64,000 nt of DNA, from contig MEZH01000007.1 in the NCBI GenBank assembly GCA_001775995.1, forward strand, positions 43,451 to 107,450. Reading direction: 5' to 3'. Each line of letters opens with the position of its first letter. Position 1 is the stretch's first letter. Positions 9,230-18,617 of this stretch are shown here, one piece after another. The stretch is from Candidatus Bathyarchaeota archaeon RBG_16_48_13 (GTDB lineage: Archaea > Thermoproteota > Bathyarchaeia > RBG-16-48-13). The position numbers were made by a program, and so were the translations under genes. The notes beneath the pieces are model-generated. The model saw only the letters and a list, made by a program, of their open reading frames with translations, did not search any database and was not told where the DNA came from.

Positions 9230-9493
9230 TCACTTGACCTTTCTTATCAAGAACCTGATAACTTGGCCTTCCTTCTCCATTTTCAACATTTCTTGCCCTG
9301 TGATCTTCACTAAATATTGTATATCCGACTCCGCAGCGGGATCGTCTGCCACGAGCTCCAGGACCTCGCCAGCTTCCATCTTGTCGAGAGCCTCTCTGGT
9401 CTTGAGGACTGGGACAGGACAATACAAGCTTATGCAGTCGAGAAAACGGTTCTTCATGACTCTCTTTGTCATATAAACAGACCCCGAAGACAT
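9230..9493 (-). CDS. tusA: TusA/SirA-family sulfur carrier
   Basis: 87 aa. LDCISLYCPVPVLKTREAL..GEVLELVADDPAAESDI is the CPxP motif and fold signature. It lies 13 nt upstream of iscS on the same strand. Confidence 0.75.
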   Translation of the reverse strand: MSSGSVYMTKRVMKNRFLDCISLYCPVPVLKTREALDKMEAGEVLELVADDPAAESDIQYLVKITGQEMLKMEKEGQVIRFLIRKVK

Positions 9494-9708
9494 TCGAAGA
9501 TTGGAGGACTAAGCCTCTTCGAAGTATTTTTCACACGAACCCGTATAAACGCTTCTATCCGAGCGGCTTATCAAGAGTTGACGGGTCCAGACCAATGCTT
9601 TTAATTTTTCATGTATAAAACGACATCATTTCTCATCAAAATAATCAAAAAAACTTAAATATCCAGAGACCTAACGGTCTGCAGTATTGAGGCTCTGGGT
9701 GAATTGAA

Positions 9709-11001
9709 ATGTCCGGCCAACCTGGTTTGATTGAACTTCAATTCATAGATATGACGGGTCAGTTGAGGTCTATAGACATAGACACGGAACGCTTCAAGAA
9801 TGCAATAAGATTGGGGAAGATCGTTGACGGCTCCTCAATAAACATGAAACCGCTAGAAAAGAGTGACCTTCTCCTGAAACCCATTATGGAAACGTACTTC
9901 CAGCTCCCATGGAATTCAGACGTAGCCAGAGTGCTCTGCGATATGTACGAACCCGCACAAAAGGTTGAGGACTTCGGAAAAGAAAAAGAGTTTGAGATTA
10001 GTCCCCGCTATGCCTTGAAGAAAATGATCAAGAGGATAGAGGCGGAGGGCTACAGTTTCCATACCAGCTGTGAGATGGAGTTTTTTGCGATAACAGAGAA
10101 TAGGCCTTACGACCGGGCTGGCTACATGGCGCCCCCACCCATGGACAAGATCGCTCCCCTAAGAAGGGAGATCGTGAAAACGCTCTCCAAAGTGAACATT
10201 CAGGGCGAATACACCCACCACGAAGTGTCCACAGGACAATACGAGATCTGCTTCCGCCACAACGAGGCTTTGAGAACCGCGGACAACGTGATGACATTCA
10301 AATATATCGCAAAGAATTTGGCGTCCATGCAGAACTTGACCCTGAGCCTGATGCCCAAACCTTACACAGGCATCAATGGAAGCGGGATGCATATCCACAT
10401 GAGCCTTTTCGACTCGGAGGGGACGGAGAACCTCTTCTTCGGAGGGGGAGAGCTCCTTTCAAAGTTGGCTACCCACTTCATGGGGGGGATACTCAAGCAT
10501 GCGAGAGCGATTTCAGCGCTTGCCGCCTCAACGGTCAACTCATACAAGAGACTACTCGCAGGCTACGAAGCACCGGTCTATGTCTGCTGGGGCTACATGA
10601 ATCGCTCGGCTCTAATAAGAATCCCGAGTTTCAACTCCCCACAACTCGCGCGGTTAGAGCTAAGGATGCCGGACCCATGCTGCAACCCATATCTAGTCTT
10701 TGCTGCAATCCTTGCGGCAGGCCTTTGGGGAATATCTGAGAAGGTGGACCCAGGAGCACCATGGGACAAGAACGCATACTTCCACCACGAAGGCCTTGAT
10801 GTCATACCAGCAACTCTTAAGGAAGCCCTGGACGAGCTCGAGAAGGACAAGCTCATCAGAGAAGCTCTTGGTTCAAGCCTTATGGATCACTACCTCAAAA
10901 TCAAAAGAAGGGAATGGAGTGAGTATCAGAAACTCTATCCTGAGTGGAACCCCAACGAGATCACGGAGTGGGAGCGCAACAAGTACCTGGAGTTCTTTTA
11001 A
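9709..11001 (+). CDS. glnA: glutamine synthetase family protein
   Basis: 430 aa. IELQFIDMTGQLRSIDI (beta-grasp), HHEVSTGQYEI, PKPYTGINGSGMHIHMSLF, NSYKRL, MNRSALIRIP, LELRMPDPCCNPYL. Confidence 0.8.
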   Translation: MSGQPGLIELQFIDMTGQLRSIDIDTERFKNAIRLGKIVDGSSINMKPLEKSDLLLKPIMETYFQLPWNSDVARVLCDMYEPAQKVEDFGKEKEFEISPRYALKKMIKRIEAEGYSFHTSCEMEFFAITENRPYDRAGYMAPPPMDKIAPLRREIVKTLSKVNIQGEYTHHEVSTGQYEICFRHNEALRTADNVMTFKYIAKNLASMQNLTLSLMPKPYTGINGSGMHIHMSLFDSEGTENLFFGGGELLSKLATHFMGGILKHARAISALAASTVNSYKRLLAGYEAPVYVCWGYMNRSALIRIPSFNSPQLARLELRMPDPCCNPYLVFAAILAAGLWGISEKVDPGAPWDKNAYFHHEGLDVIPATLKEALDELEKDKLIREALGSSLMDHYLKIKRREWSEYQKLYPEWNPNEITEWERNKYLEFF

Positions 11002-11042
11002 AACCCTAAAAGCCACCTTTCGATAATCCCTAGTGGTCATCT

Positions 11043-11381
11043 TTGAAAGTGAAGATCCAATTCATCTCACCTCTCCAGAGCATGGTCGGCAAATCAGAGG
11101 AGATGGTAGCCCTACCCGGAGGAGCCACGGCGATCGAAGCGATAAGGGCTGCGACAATAGGTGAAAAGACCGCCTACGAGAGTATTTTCAACAATGACGG
11201 AACCTTGAAGCAGTATTTGGTGGTCATGAGGAACAGCCTGAACATAACGATGAGGGTTCAGGACGAGCCCCTGAAGGACGGCGACCTTCTCCAGCTCCTC
11301 CCGACAGCAAGCGGTGGCGGGCCAAAAGGAGTCGCTGAGCACAAAGTTATAAGGAAGGCTCACGGACTCTTGGGACAATAG
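11043..11381 (+). CDS. MoaD/ThiS-family ubiquitin-like beta-grasp protein with C-terminal extension after Gly-Gly
   Basis: 112 aa with a TTG start. ..LKDGDLLQLLPTASGG (residues 78-92) is the classic MoaD/ThiS terminus, but 20 more residues follow (GPKGVAEHKVIRKAHGLLGQ). Confidence 0.6.
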   Translation: MKVKIQFISPLQSMVGKSEEMVALPGGATAIEAIRAATIGEKTAYESIFNNDGTLKQYLVVMRNSLNITMRVQDEPLKDGDLLQLLPTASGGGPKGVAEHKVIRKAHGLLGQ

Positions 11382-11435
11382 AGTTAGTCGCCTAGGCATC
11401 TGTCACTTCGAGGACTATCCGAGAGGACAGCCGGA

Positions 11436-12326
11436 ATGCGTTATTCGAGGAACAGCTACTTATTCCTATTGAATACGATCATATTCTTCAGCACATACGA
11501 GGTCGTGAATAGGGCCATCGCTCAGGAAATTGACCTGATACAGGTAAATTTCTTGCGCTTCTTGATCGGCGGTCTCTTTCTTCTTCCATTCGCAGTCCTG
11601 TCGATGAGAGGCAGAAGACCGGACGTCAGATCGGTTCTCGCTGCGGTGCCAGTGGGTGTACTCAACGTGTGCATAAGCATGACTTTTCTCCAATTGAGCA
11701 TAATCTATTCCGGAGCAGCCATCGCCGCAGTGGTATTCTCCTGCAATCCAATCTTCGTGGCTACCTTTTCACAAGTGATCCTGGGGGAGAAGATGAGCAG
11801 AAACAAGACAGCTGGACTCGTCTTCGGAATCGCGGGAGTCACGGTGACTTTTCTCGATGGCCTCCTCTCTGGGAACATAATCTCCATGGGGGTGCTGTTC
11901 GCCATCTTGTCAGCTATAATCTTCGGTCTCTACACGGTCCTCGGAAAGAGGGTGAGCGAGCCATTGGGAAGCACAATGATGAACTCAGTCTCTTTCATAT
12001 CCGGAAGCCTAATCCTGATGCCGATACTCTACTTGACCAATAAGCCGATCTTCAACTTCAGCCAATCAGCCTTGGTTCCTCTGATCTACCTTTCGATATG
12101 CGTGACAGGGATTGCTTATCTCACGTACTTTGCGGCTCTCAGGGAGATGCCTGCGAACGTGGGATCCTCGGTCTTCTTCGTCAAGCCAATAGCAGCATCC
12201 CTGTTGGCTGTGGTCTTTCTCGGCGAGATGGTGACACCCTTCCTCCTTCTGGGGGGCTTATTGGTTTTGGCAGGAATATACCTCACGTTGTTCTTCGAAC
12301 GCGGAAGAAGAACGGCCAAGAGTTGA
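11436..12326 (+). CDS. EamA/DMT-family transporter
   Basis: 296 aa with 10 predicted TM segments in two EamA-like halves. Confidence 0.75.
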   Translation: MRYSRNSYLFLLNTIIFFSTYEVVNRAIAQEIDLIQVNFLRFLIGGLFLLPFAVLSMRGRRPDVRSVLAAVPVGVLNVCISMTFLQLSIIYSGAAIAAVVFSCNPIFVATFSQVILGEKMSRNKTAGLVFGIAGVTVTFLDGLLSGNIISMGVLFAILSAIIFGLYTVLGKRVSEPLGSTMMNSVSFISGSLILMPILYLTNKPIFNFSQSALVPLIYLSICVTGIAYLTYFAALREMPANVGSSVFFVKPIAASLLAVVFLGEMVTPFLLLGGLLVLAGIYLTLFFERGRRTAKS

Positions 12327-12446
12327 GCGACCCCGATTTCAGGGCAAAGGGAAAAAGATCGCAATCCGTATTGAGCACCCAATTTTAGAGGATCATAAGT
12401 TATAAGGTGGTAGTTCTAGGAATTGTATCAATTCGGAGGGAAGTCG

Positions 12447-13814
12447 ATGGCTTCAGTCGATTTAGTGATAAAGAATGGAAAGATAGCCACGTCCACTGGA
12501 ATCTTCGAAGGGGGCGTCGCCGTAAAAGATGGAAAGATCGCTGCAATTTCCAAGGATCCACTTCTTCCAAAGGCAGAGAAGAAGATAGATCTTAAGGGTC
12601 GTTTGCTGGTTCCGGGTGCAGTCGACGGCCACGTTCACGTGTACATACCGCCCTACACTGTCGAGAACTTCGAAACGGGCACAAGAGCGGCAGCGGTCGG
12701 AGGTGTGACCACGATCGTTGAGATGCCGTCGATTGGAGATTATTTGACGACCACGGTTAAGAATCTGAAATGGAAGATAAACGAGGGAAAAAAGAACGCG
12801 ATAACGGACTTTGCGCTCTACGGTGGCGAGATTATGGAGGACAAAGACACCGCGGAGATCCCCGAGCTTGTTTGCAATGGAGTCGTGGGATTCAAAATAA
12901 CGTTCGGCGGCGGTGACACAGCTGTCAAAAACGACGGCATAATCATGGACTCCTTCATGAAGATCGCCGAAACCGGCTCCTTGGCCACAATCCACGCGGA
13001 GAACGACCAGCTCTGGCAATACTTTAGGAAGAAACTCATGGATTCAGGTCGGAAGGATCCTGCAGCGCACTCTGAGTCCCGTCCAAACATCGTAGAGGCA
13101 GAAGCCTTATCCAAGGGAATCATGTTCTCCACGGAAGCTGGAAACAGGCTCCATGTAGCTCACCTCAGCACGATGGAGGGTACGGAGATGGTGCGAGAGT
13201 CAAAATTCCTGGGCGACATGGTCACAGCGGAAGTCTGTCCTCACCACCTCATCTTCAGCATCGAAGATTACAAGAAGCTGGGACCGTACATCGTGTGCAA
13301 CCCGCCTATCCGCTCCAAGGAAGACAATGAAGCACTCTGGGACGCACTCGCGGATGGAACGATTGACATGGTGGTCACAGACCATTGCGCATTCACCAAG
13401 AAGGAGAAAGAACCAGGCTGGAAGGATATCTGGAGCACGCCCTCCGGCATGGCGGGTCTAGAGACGAGCCTCTCGCTGATACTTAGCGAAGGCGTCAACA
13501 AAGGCAGATTCCCTCTCACCAGGTTTGTCCAAGTCATGTCCGAAGCGCCAGCGCGACTGATGGGGCTATACCCCAGAAAGGGGGCGATAAAGGTGGGCTC
13601 CGACGCGGACTTCGCTGTGTTAGATCTTAAACGGTCCCACACAATAAGAGCAGACCAACTGAGGTGCATCGGGGACTTCACGCCCTTCGAGGGGCGCAAA
13701 GTCAAAGGAAAACCCGTCTTGACCATCGTTAGGGGTGAAGTGGTAGCCGAGGAAGGCGAAGTCTTAGGGAAGCCCGGGTACGGCGAGTTCATACCATCAA
13801 CGGTCCCTGAGTGA
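12447..13814 (+). CDS. cyclic amidohydrolase (dihydroorotase/allantoinase/hydantoinase family)
   Basis: DLVIKNGKI...VKDGKIAAI, PGAVDGHVHVY (HxH), GFKITFG (carbamyl-Lys), ATIHAEN, LHVAHLST, VVTDHCAF. The ATG at 12447 lies behind GGAGGG. The ORF track starts at the TTG at 12423. Confidence 0.75.
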   Translation: MASVDLVIKNGKIATSTGIFEGGVAVKDGKIAAISKDPLLPKAEKKIDLKGRLLVPGAVDGHVHVYIPPYTVENFETGTRAAAVGGVTTIVEMPSIGDYLTTTVKNLKWKINEGKKNAITDFALYGGEIMEDKDTAEIPELVCNGVVGFKITFGGGDTAVKNDGIIMDSFMKIAETGSLATIHAENDQLWQYFRKKLMDSGRKDPAAHSESRPNIVEAEALSKGIMFSTEAGNRLHVAHLSTMEGTEMVRESKFLGDMVTAEVCPHHLIFSIEDYKKLGPYIVCNPPIRSKEDNEALWDALADGTIDMVVTDHCAFTKKEKEPGWKDIWSTPSGMAGLETSLSLILSEGVNKGRFPLTRFVQVMSEAPARLMGLYPRKGAIKVGSDADFAVLDLKRSHTIRADQLRCIGDFTPFEGRKVKGKPVLTIVRGEVVAEEGEVLGKPGYGEFIPSTVPE

Positions 13815-13823
13815 AGAGAAAGA

Positions 13824-14765
13824 ATGCCCCATTTCGCCTGCCTAGTGGGAGGGAAAGCCGCCAAGAGGAGCAGATTCGGCTCCATTTGGAAGAGCCATCA
13901 GATGGGAACCAAGCTGTCCGCTAAGGCCTGCCAAAAAGCACACCTGAGATTTCACGTCCTGGACTCGGAGTGGATATGGCATTATCTGTCCCCAGAAGAA
14001 GCAAAAGATCTTGTCACGAATTTCCCCAGCCTGACAATGGTCCTTTCATTCGCCTCCAGACACAATGGGGCGCTCAAGATCCTCAGAAAAACCCTCGAAA
14101 CAGGAATTGCAGATAAACTAGCATTGGACTTGGTGGTGGGCAACAACGCTTATCTAACCAGAAACGAGGCCAAGCGGGCGCCGGGAAGATCCTTAGTTGA
14201 AGCGGTAAAGTTCGCTCGTCGCCACTTTCAGGGCCCAGTGTTCGTGGGGACAGAGGGCATGTGGACGACCTCTGCGGAGCTCGCGGCTGAGTACGACTTG
14301 ATACCGTTCTTCCTCTTGGACCGAAACATGGAGGAGAACCTTGGCCAGATCAGGGACTCCATGGGCAAGGGAAGCGTGGCGATCTACGTGCCATTCATAA
14401 TATCTGAGAACTACCCCCGCTTGTTGGACGATGTCCTTCAGAGACTCTCCGGATACATCTTCAGGAGGAAATGGGTTCAGAAGGGCTTGAGAGACTTGGG
14501 AGTGAACCCCTCTCAGCCACAGATAAGAGCGATAACGCAGGACAAACAGAAGATGACACCAGAGTTCCTGAAGAGTGAGCTTGGCGACTTCTTGCGTTCG
14601 GCCGCCTCCACATTATCCCTGTTTGGGACGCCAGAGACCGTTACCGAAAGGATCAGGGAACTCCATAAAGTCGGGTTCGATGTGATAGTTGGATATCCCA
14701 TCAAAGAGAACGAGGAACAGGCGCTCGCTTTCGGCGATTGCATAAGGAAGGTCTCTGAGACATAG
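13824..14765 (+). CDS. hypothetical protein with LLM/Mer-like C-terminal signature
   Basis: Only the C-terminus is recognisable (LSLFGTPETVTERIRELHKVGFDVIVGYP). The N-terminal half has no LLM motif. The start is uncertain. Confidence 0.4.
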   Translation: MPHFACLVGGKAAKRSRFGSIWKSHQMGTKLSAKACQKAHLRFHVLDSEWIWHYLSPEEAKDLVTNFPSLTMVLSFASRHNGALKILRKTLETGIADKLALDLVVGNNAYLTRNEAKRAPGRSLVEAVKFARRHFQGPVFVGTEGMWTTSAELAAEYDLIPFFLLDRNMEENLGQIRDSMGKGSVAIYVPFIISENYPRLLDDVLQRLSGYIFRRKWVQKGLRDLGVNPSQPQIRAITQDKQKMTPEFLKSELGDFLRSAASTLSLFGTPETVTERIRELHKVGFDVIVGYPIKENEEQALAFGDCIRKVSET

Positions 14766-14771
14766 AAGGAC

Positions 14772-17432
14772 TTATTCAGCTTCCGCTCTCTGAATTATTC
14801 CCCTCAGATATTGACCGAAGTCTGCAAGCTCATTCCTCTTCTCGGTGCCGGCAAACCACGAAAAGATCAATCTCTGAATGGCCAACGCGAAGGCTATATG
14901 CACGTCTCCCCTCGAGATGTATATAACAGGTGAGTCTATCTCTTCTCGTACTTTGTCCACGGACCAGCCATCCTCTTTCAGGGCCACAATGAAACCCTTG
15001 AGGAAGCTCTCTGGATCCCTCCTGATGAAGCTCTGACCGTGCATAGTGTTCTGTTCTTGAACCTTCTTGAACTCTTCTCCGTAAACCCGTTTCAAAACGT
15101 TCATCTGGTGCTTCTTCAGCAGATCTTCCTCTACGTTGAGGATGGGGATTGACACGGATATCTCCTGATCCTCGGAAACGGGCATCTTCACCTGCGTAAG
15201 AGCCCTTTTCCTGAACTCTCCTCCTTTTCTCGTGGCTGGGACTATAATCGGGGGCGTTTCGAGGGTGTTGAGCACCTTTTCCTCCCGAGTCACCTTTTTC
15301 TTAACTACCAGCGCAATCTCAGGTGTCACCGCTCTTCCTGCGTGCTCACTGGTTCTGGGCCTCATTGTAGCGAGGAAGGCACGTTCGGTGAAGACAGAGT
15401 GGTCAGCTATGATTGCATCACCCACAGGGATTCTCCTAATGAATTGAGCATCACCTATCTCCTTGGGAAGGAAAGTGGGGGTCCTCGCCTTGAGAGCAGC
15501 TATGTCGTCAGCAAAGATGAGCGTGTGTGTGATCAGAAGGTCGAGTTGGGACAGGATTCGGGTGTCCATGGCAGCCGGCTGCTGAGTGCAGAGGATGAGA
15601 CCGCAGCCGGGCATCCTACCTCTCTTCGCGTATTCTATTAAAGGCTCCGAGGCGGCTGTCTTCCCAGCCGACGGGGCCAACACGTGGGCTTCGTCCACGA
15701 GCAGCCACGTCACTGGGACACTGATCTTCTTCTTTTCTATACTGTACTCCACCTTCGAAGCTTCAAACTCCCTAGATAGGCGGGTCCGTTCGTCCAGTAT
15801 CTTCCTTGCCAAGATTCCCACTACCAAGGCTCTCAGAGAGTCCCCCAGTTGGCTTACATCCAAAACCGAGACTTGGCCTTTGACAGATAGTGTCTCTAGA
15901 CGCAATCCTTCTTGGGAGAAGACCCCCCAATGTTTGGAGACTTCAAGTCGCATTTTTACAGCTCTGATTGTGTCTGGTTTGTACATGTTCACGAGCTTTC
16001 CATCAGTCTGGACACACCCTATCAGGTCGTCAATCGAGTAGTCTGATTTCCCCTCGACCAGATGGCCACGGCCTTCTCCATCTATTTCATAGCCCTCCCT
16101 GACCTCCTTGACGCTCTGCATCAGCAAACCACCGGAGGGACTTTCATAAGGGCTAATCCCAAACGTGGAGCACCAATCTTCCCCTGTCAGCTCACTTGGC
16201 TTTATGGCGAAGGCGAAATCTCTGGTCGCCTGAGGTACATCATCGTAAAATCCCACGGGAACAAAGACCTTGACGTTTTCGTAACCTCTTGGCTCAAGAC
16301 CCCATTCCTTGACCCTCGCCGCGTCTCTTTCGCCTTGCACGGGATATTTCATGCTCCAGAATGTTCCCATAGGATCGACAATTATCACGCCGATCCCCAA
16401 GTCGGATCTAGCCAGCTCCTCCACTATGACCCCAAGGGTATAGGACTTGCCTGAGCCGGTCTTTCCAGAGATGAATACTCGATGAGGCTGCATCACATCA
16501 AGCAAGATCTTCTTGCCGAAGCTAGAGTCCCCTGACTTCTCGCAGATCCTACCTATGTAGATGGTGCCGCTATCACCCAGTTTGGTTTGGTCTTCCTTGC
16601 TCCTGCCAATGAGTACACATTCACCCGAATCATCCCCTAAAATACTAAGAGGAACACTGAGCGAAGGTGTGAATTCACCAAAAAGGCTCGTTTCTGGATA
16701 ATCCCGCCGAACTTTGCCTTCTCCTTGGACATAGGCCAAAGCCTCCTTGATGGAAAGGGCGTCATTCAGCACGCCCATAGGCGAGGAAATGAGTTTTCTG
16801 ATCGTGATATCGATAGGGTAGTAGTCAGGGTCGAAGTTGGACAATCTCCAGAGATCAGTCACCAGCCCTTCATTGGAGTAGGCGGGCAGCTTCTCGGCAG
16901 CTTCATCTAAATGGCTTCTGTTTCCATCCAATAGGTACAGGACCGGAAGCATTTTCGACTTATCCTCTTCACTCAGGGTTGTGCCAGTCTTTTTAACTCT
17001 CTTCAGAAAATCAGCGTCCTTGGTAAGGAGGTACATCAGGCTCATCAAGTGAAAGGTCGAAAAGGATGCAACATTTGACTCGAAGAAGAAGAGGGCCTTG
17101 AAGAGAGCGTCCACAACTTTTTCATCTTGAAGAACCTTATAATATCTGATGAGGGATAGCACAACCGCCCCACTTGTATTCACATCGGCTTCGCCCATTT
17201 GATTAAACCATATCCCCTCGCTTGATTGAAGGGAAAGAAATTTCCGTGTGAGTTTTTGGGATTTTTCAAGGAACCGCGGCTTTCCCGTGATCTCATGAGC
17301 CAGCAGCAGGCCTTCAAGGTATTCAGTCTGGTCCTTCAGAGAGACGGGTTTGTAAGAGTCCAATGCAGCCAGGATTCGTACGAGGAACTCATGTAGAGGT
17401 CTCCCGAATTCGAAAACGTGCTGCTCCGCCAT
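14772..17432 (-). CDS. large HerA/DUF87 (FtsK-HerA superfamily) ATPase with helical N-domain and extra C-domain
   Basis: Walker A VFISGKTGSGKSYTLG. Walker B VTWLLVDEAHVLAP. GLILCTQQP. The likely start is the ATG at 17432, behind GGGAGGA, giving 886 aa. No NurA-like partner is adjacent. Confidence 0.75.
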   Translation of the reverse strand: MAEQHVFEFGRPLHEFLVRILAALDSYKPVSLKDQTEYLEGLLLAHEITGKPRFLEKSQKLTRKFLSLQSSEGIWFNQMGEADVNTSGAVVLSLIRYYKVLQDEKVVDALFKALFFFESNVASFSTFHLMSLMYLLTKDADFLKRVKKTGTTLSEEDKSKMLPVLYLLDGNRSHLDEAAEKLPAYSNEGLVTDLWRLSNFDPDYYPIDITIRKLISSPMGVLNDALSIKEALAYVQGEGKVRRDYPETSLFGEFTPSLSVPLSILGDDSGECVLIGRSKEDQTKLGDSGTIYIGRICEKSGDSSFGKKILLDVMQPHRVFISGKTGSGKSYTLGVIVEELARSDLGIGVIIVDPMGTFWSMKYPVQGERDAARVKEWGLEPRGYENVKVFVPVGFYDDVPQATRDFAFAIKPSELTGEDWCSTFGISPYESPSGGLLMQSVKEVREGYEIDGEGRGHLVEGKSDYSIDDLIGCVQTDGKLVNMYKPDTIRAVKMRLEVSKHWGVFSQEGLRLETLSVKGQVSVLDVSQLGDSLRALVVGILARKILDERTRLSREFEASKVEYSIEKKKISVPVTWLLVDEAHVLAPSAGKTAASEPLIEYAKRGRMPGCGLILCTQQPAAMDTRILSQLDLLITHTLIFADDIAALKARTPTFLPKEIGDAQFIRRIPVGDAIIADHSVFTERAFLATMRPRTSEHAGRAVTPEIALVVKKKVTREEKVLNTLETPPIIVPATRKGGEFRKRALTQVKMPVSEDQEISVSIPILNVEEDLLKKHQMNVLKRVYGEEFKKVQEQNTMHGQSFIRRDPESFLKGFIVALKEDGWSVDKVREEIDSPVIYISRGDVHIAFALAIQRLIFSWFAGTEKRNELADFGQYLRGIIQRAEAE

Positions 17433-17654
17433 CAACGATCCTCCCTTTACCGATCTTCTTGAAGTAATATTATCTCCCATTTCATATCTGTTTGTTCGAA
17501 CTAATCTCTGTTCCTAATAGACTCCAAGGAAAATTTCGAGGAAAATTATCGACCTGATGGTAGATGCAGCGGGCATGGGGGAGAATCCGAAGGAATATAT
17601 CATTTGCTGTAGATACTCCCAAGTAGAGAGTTCATCTAGCTGGAGTGATGAAAG

Positions 17655-18617
17655 ATGCCTAGCGTGAACAAGTTGGCTGCCAAGATCTGCGAGAAGATGA
17701 TTGAAGAGGCCGGGGAATTGAACATAGGATATGATCGCCTCAGGAATGGCAGCCACGTGATAGACACGGGGATAAGGGTCCCCGGTGGAATCCAAGCTGG
17801 GCTGCGCTCGATCACGTCATGCTTGGGCGGTCTTGGGAATGCATCGCTCGCCTCAATGGAGATCGATGGAATGATGGTGCCGGCAGTGAATGTCTACACG
17901 GATTTTCCAGTAGTCCCCCTACTATGCCAGGCAATGGGTGGATATCGAGAAGCCACTCGGGGGTGGCTCAACTTCAAGGCGGGCTCCTACAGAGCCATCG
18001 TCAGCGGTCCGGCCCGGGCTTTGGTTCATGAGCCCAAAGAACTGTTCGAGTTGATTGGATACAGTGATAACGCAGATGTGGCGGTATCGATCCTTCAATC
18101 CGAACAATACCCTGACGAGGTTGTGGCGGATGAACTGGCGAGAAGATGCAAGGTGAACCCAGAAAACTTGTACATGGTTCTTAGCCCCCTTTCGAGCATG
18201 GCAGGTTCGATACAAGTGATTGGCAGAAGCATCGAGAACGCGATGCTAAAGTTGCACAACCTGAACTTCGACGTAAGAAAAGTGAGGCACATCTATGGAA
18301 TTGCGCCTCTGCCTCCACTTAGATCACGCAGCATTAACGTTGACGACATGCTATCCTATGGCAGCGTTGTTTACCTTTACGTGGATCCTGCGGAAGGAAC
18401 AGATCTCAGGAAGCTAACCGGAAAGATCCCTTCAAGGTCGGCGAAATGCTATGGCAGACCCTTCTCGGAAATCCTCAAGGAAAGCGGCGGATTCGCAAAG
18501 ATAGATATAGATTTCTTCGCCCCGGCGGAAGTCTACGTCAACGATCTGAGTACCGGCGCTTTATATAGATCCGGATCAATCAACGGCAAGCTTCTGAGAA
18601 AGATGATGGCAATCTAG
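17655..18617 (+). CDS. mch: methenyl-H4MPT cyclohydrolase
   Basis: 320 aa. MPSVNKLAAKICEKMIEEAGELNIGYDRLRNGSHVIDTGI.. is collinear with the Mch N-terminus as I recall it (MLSVNEIAAEIVEDML..ENGAIVVDCGV). Full-length size matches. Confidence 0.85.
   Translation: MPSVNKLAAKICEKMIEEAGELNIGYDRLRNGSHVIDTGIRVPGGIQAGLRSITSCLGGLGNASLASMEIDGMMVPAVNVYTDFPVVPLLCQAMGGYREATRGWLNFKAGSYRAIVSGPARALVHEPKELFELIGYSDNADVAVSILQSEQYPDEVVADELARRCKVNPENLYMVLSPLSSMAGSIQVIGRSIENAMLKLHNLNFDVRKVRHIYGIAPLPPLRSRSINVDDMLSYGSVVYLYVDPAEGTDLRKLTGKIPSRSAKCYGRPFSEILKESGGFAKIDIDFFAPAEVYVNDLSTGALYRSGSINGKLLRKMMAI

Noticed and set aside
12462-13885. 185-, 104- and 205-aa minus-strand ORFs
   Set aside because: They are antisense to the amidohydrolase gene, whose metal-ligand motifs are all in the plus frame. 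The minus frames show no motifs.
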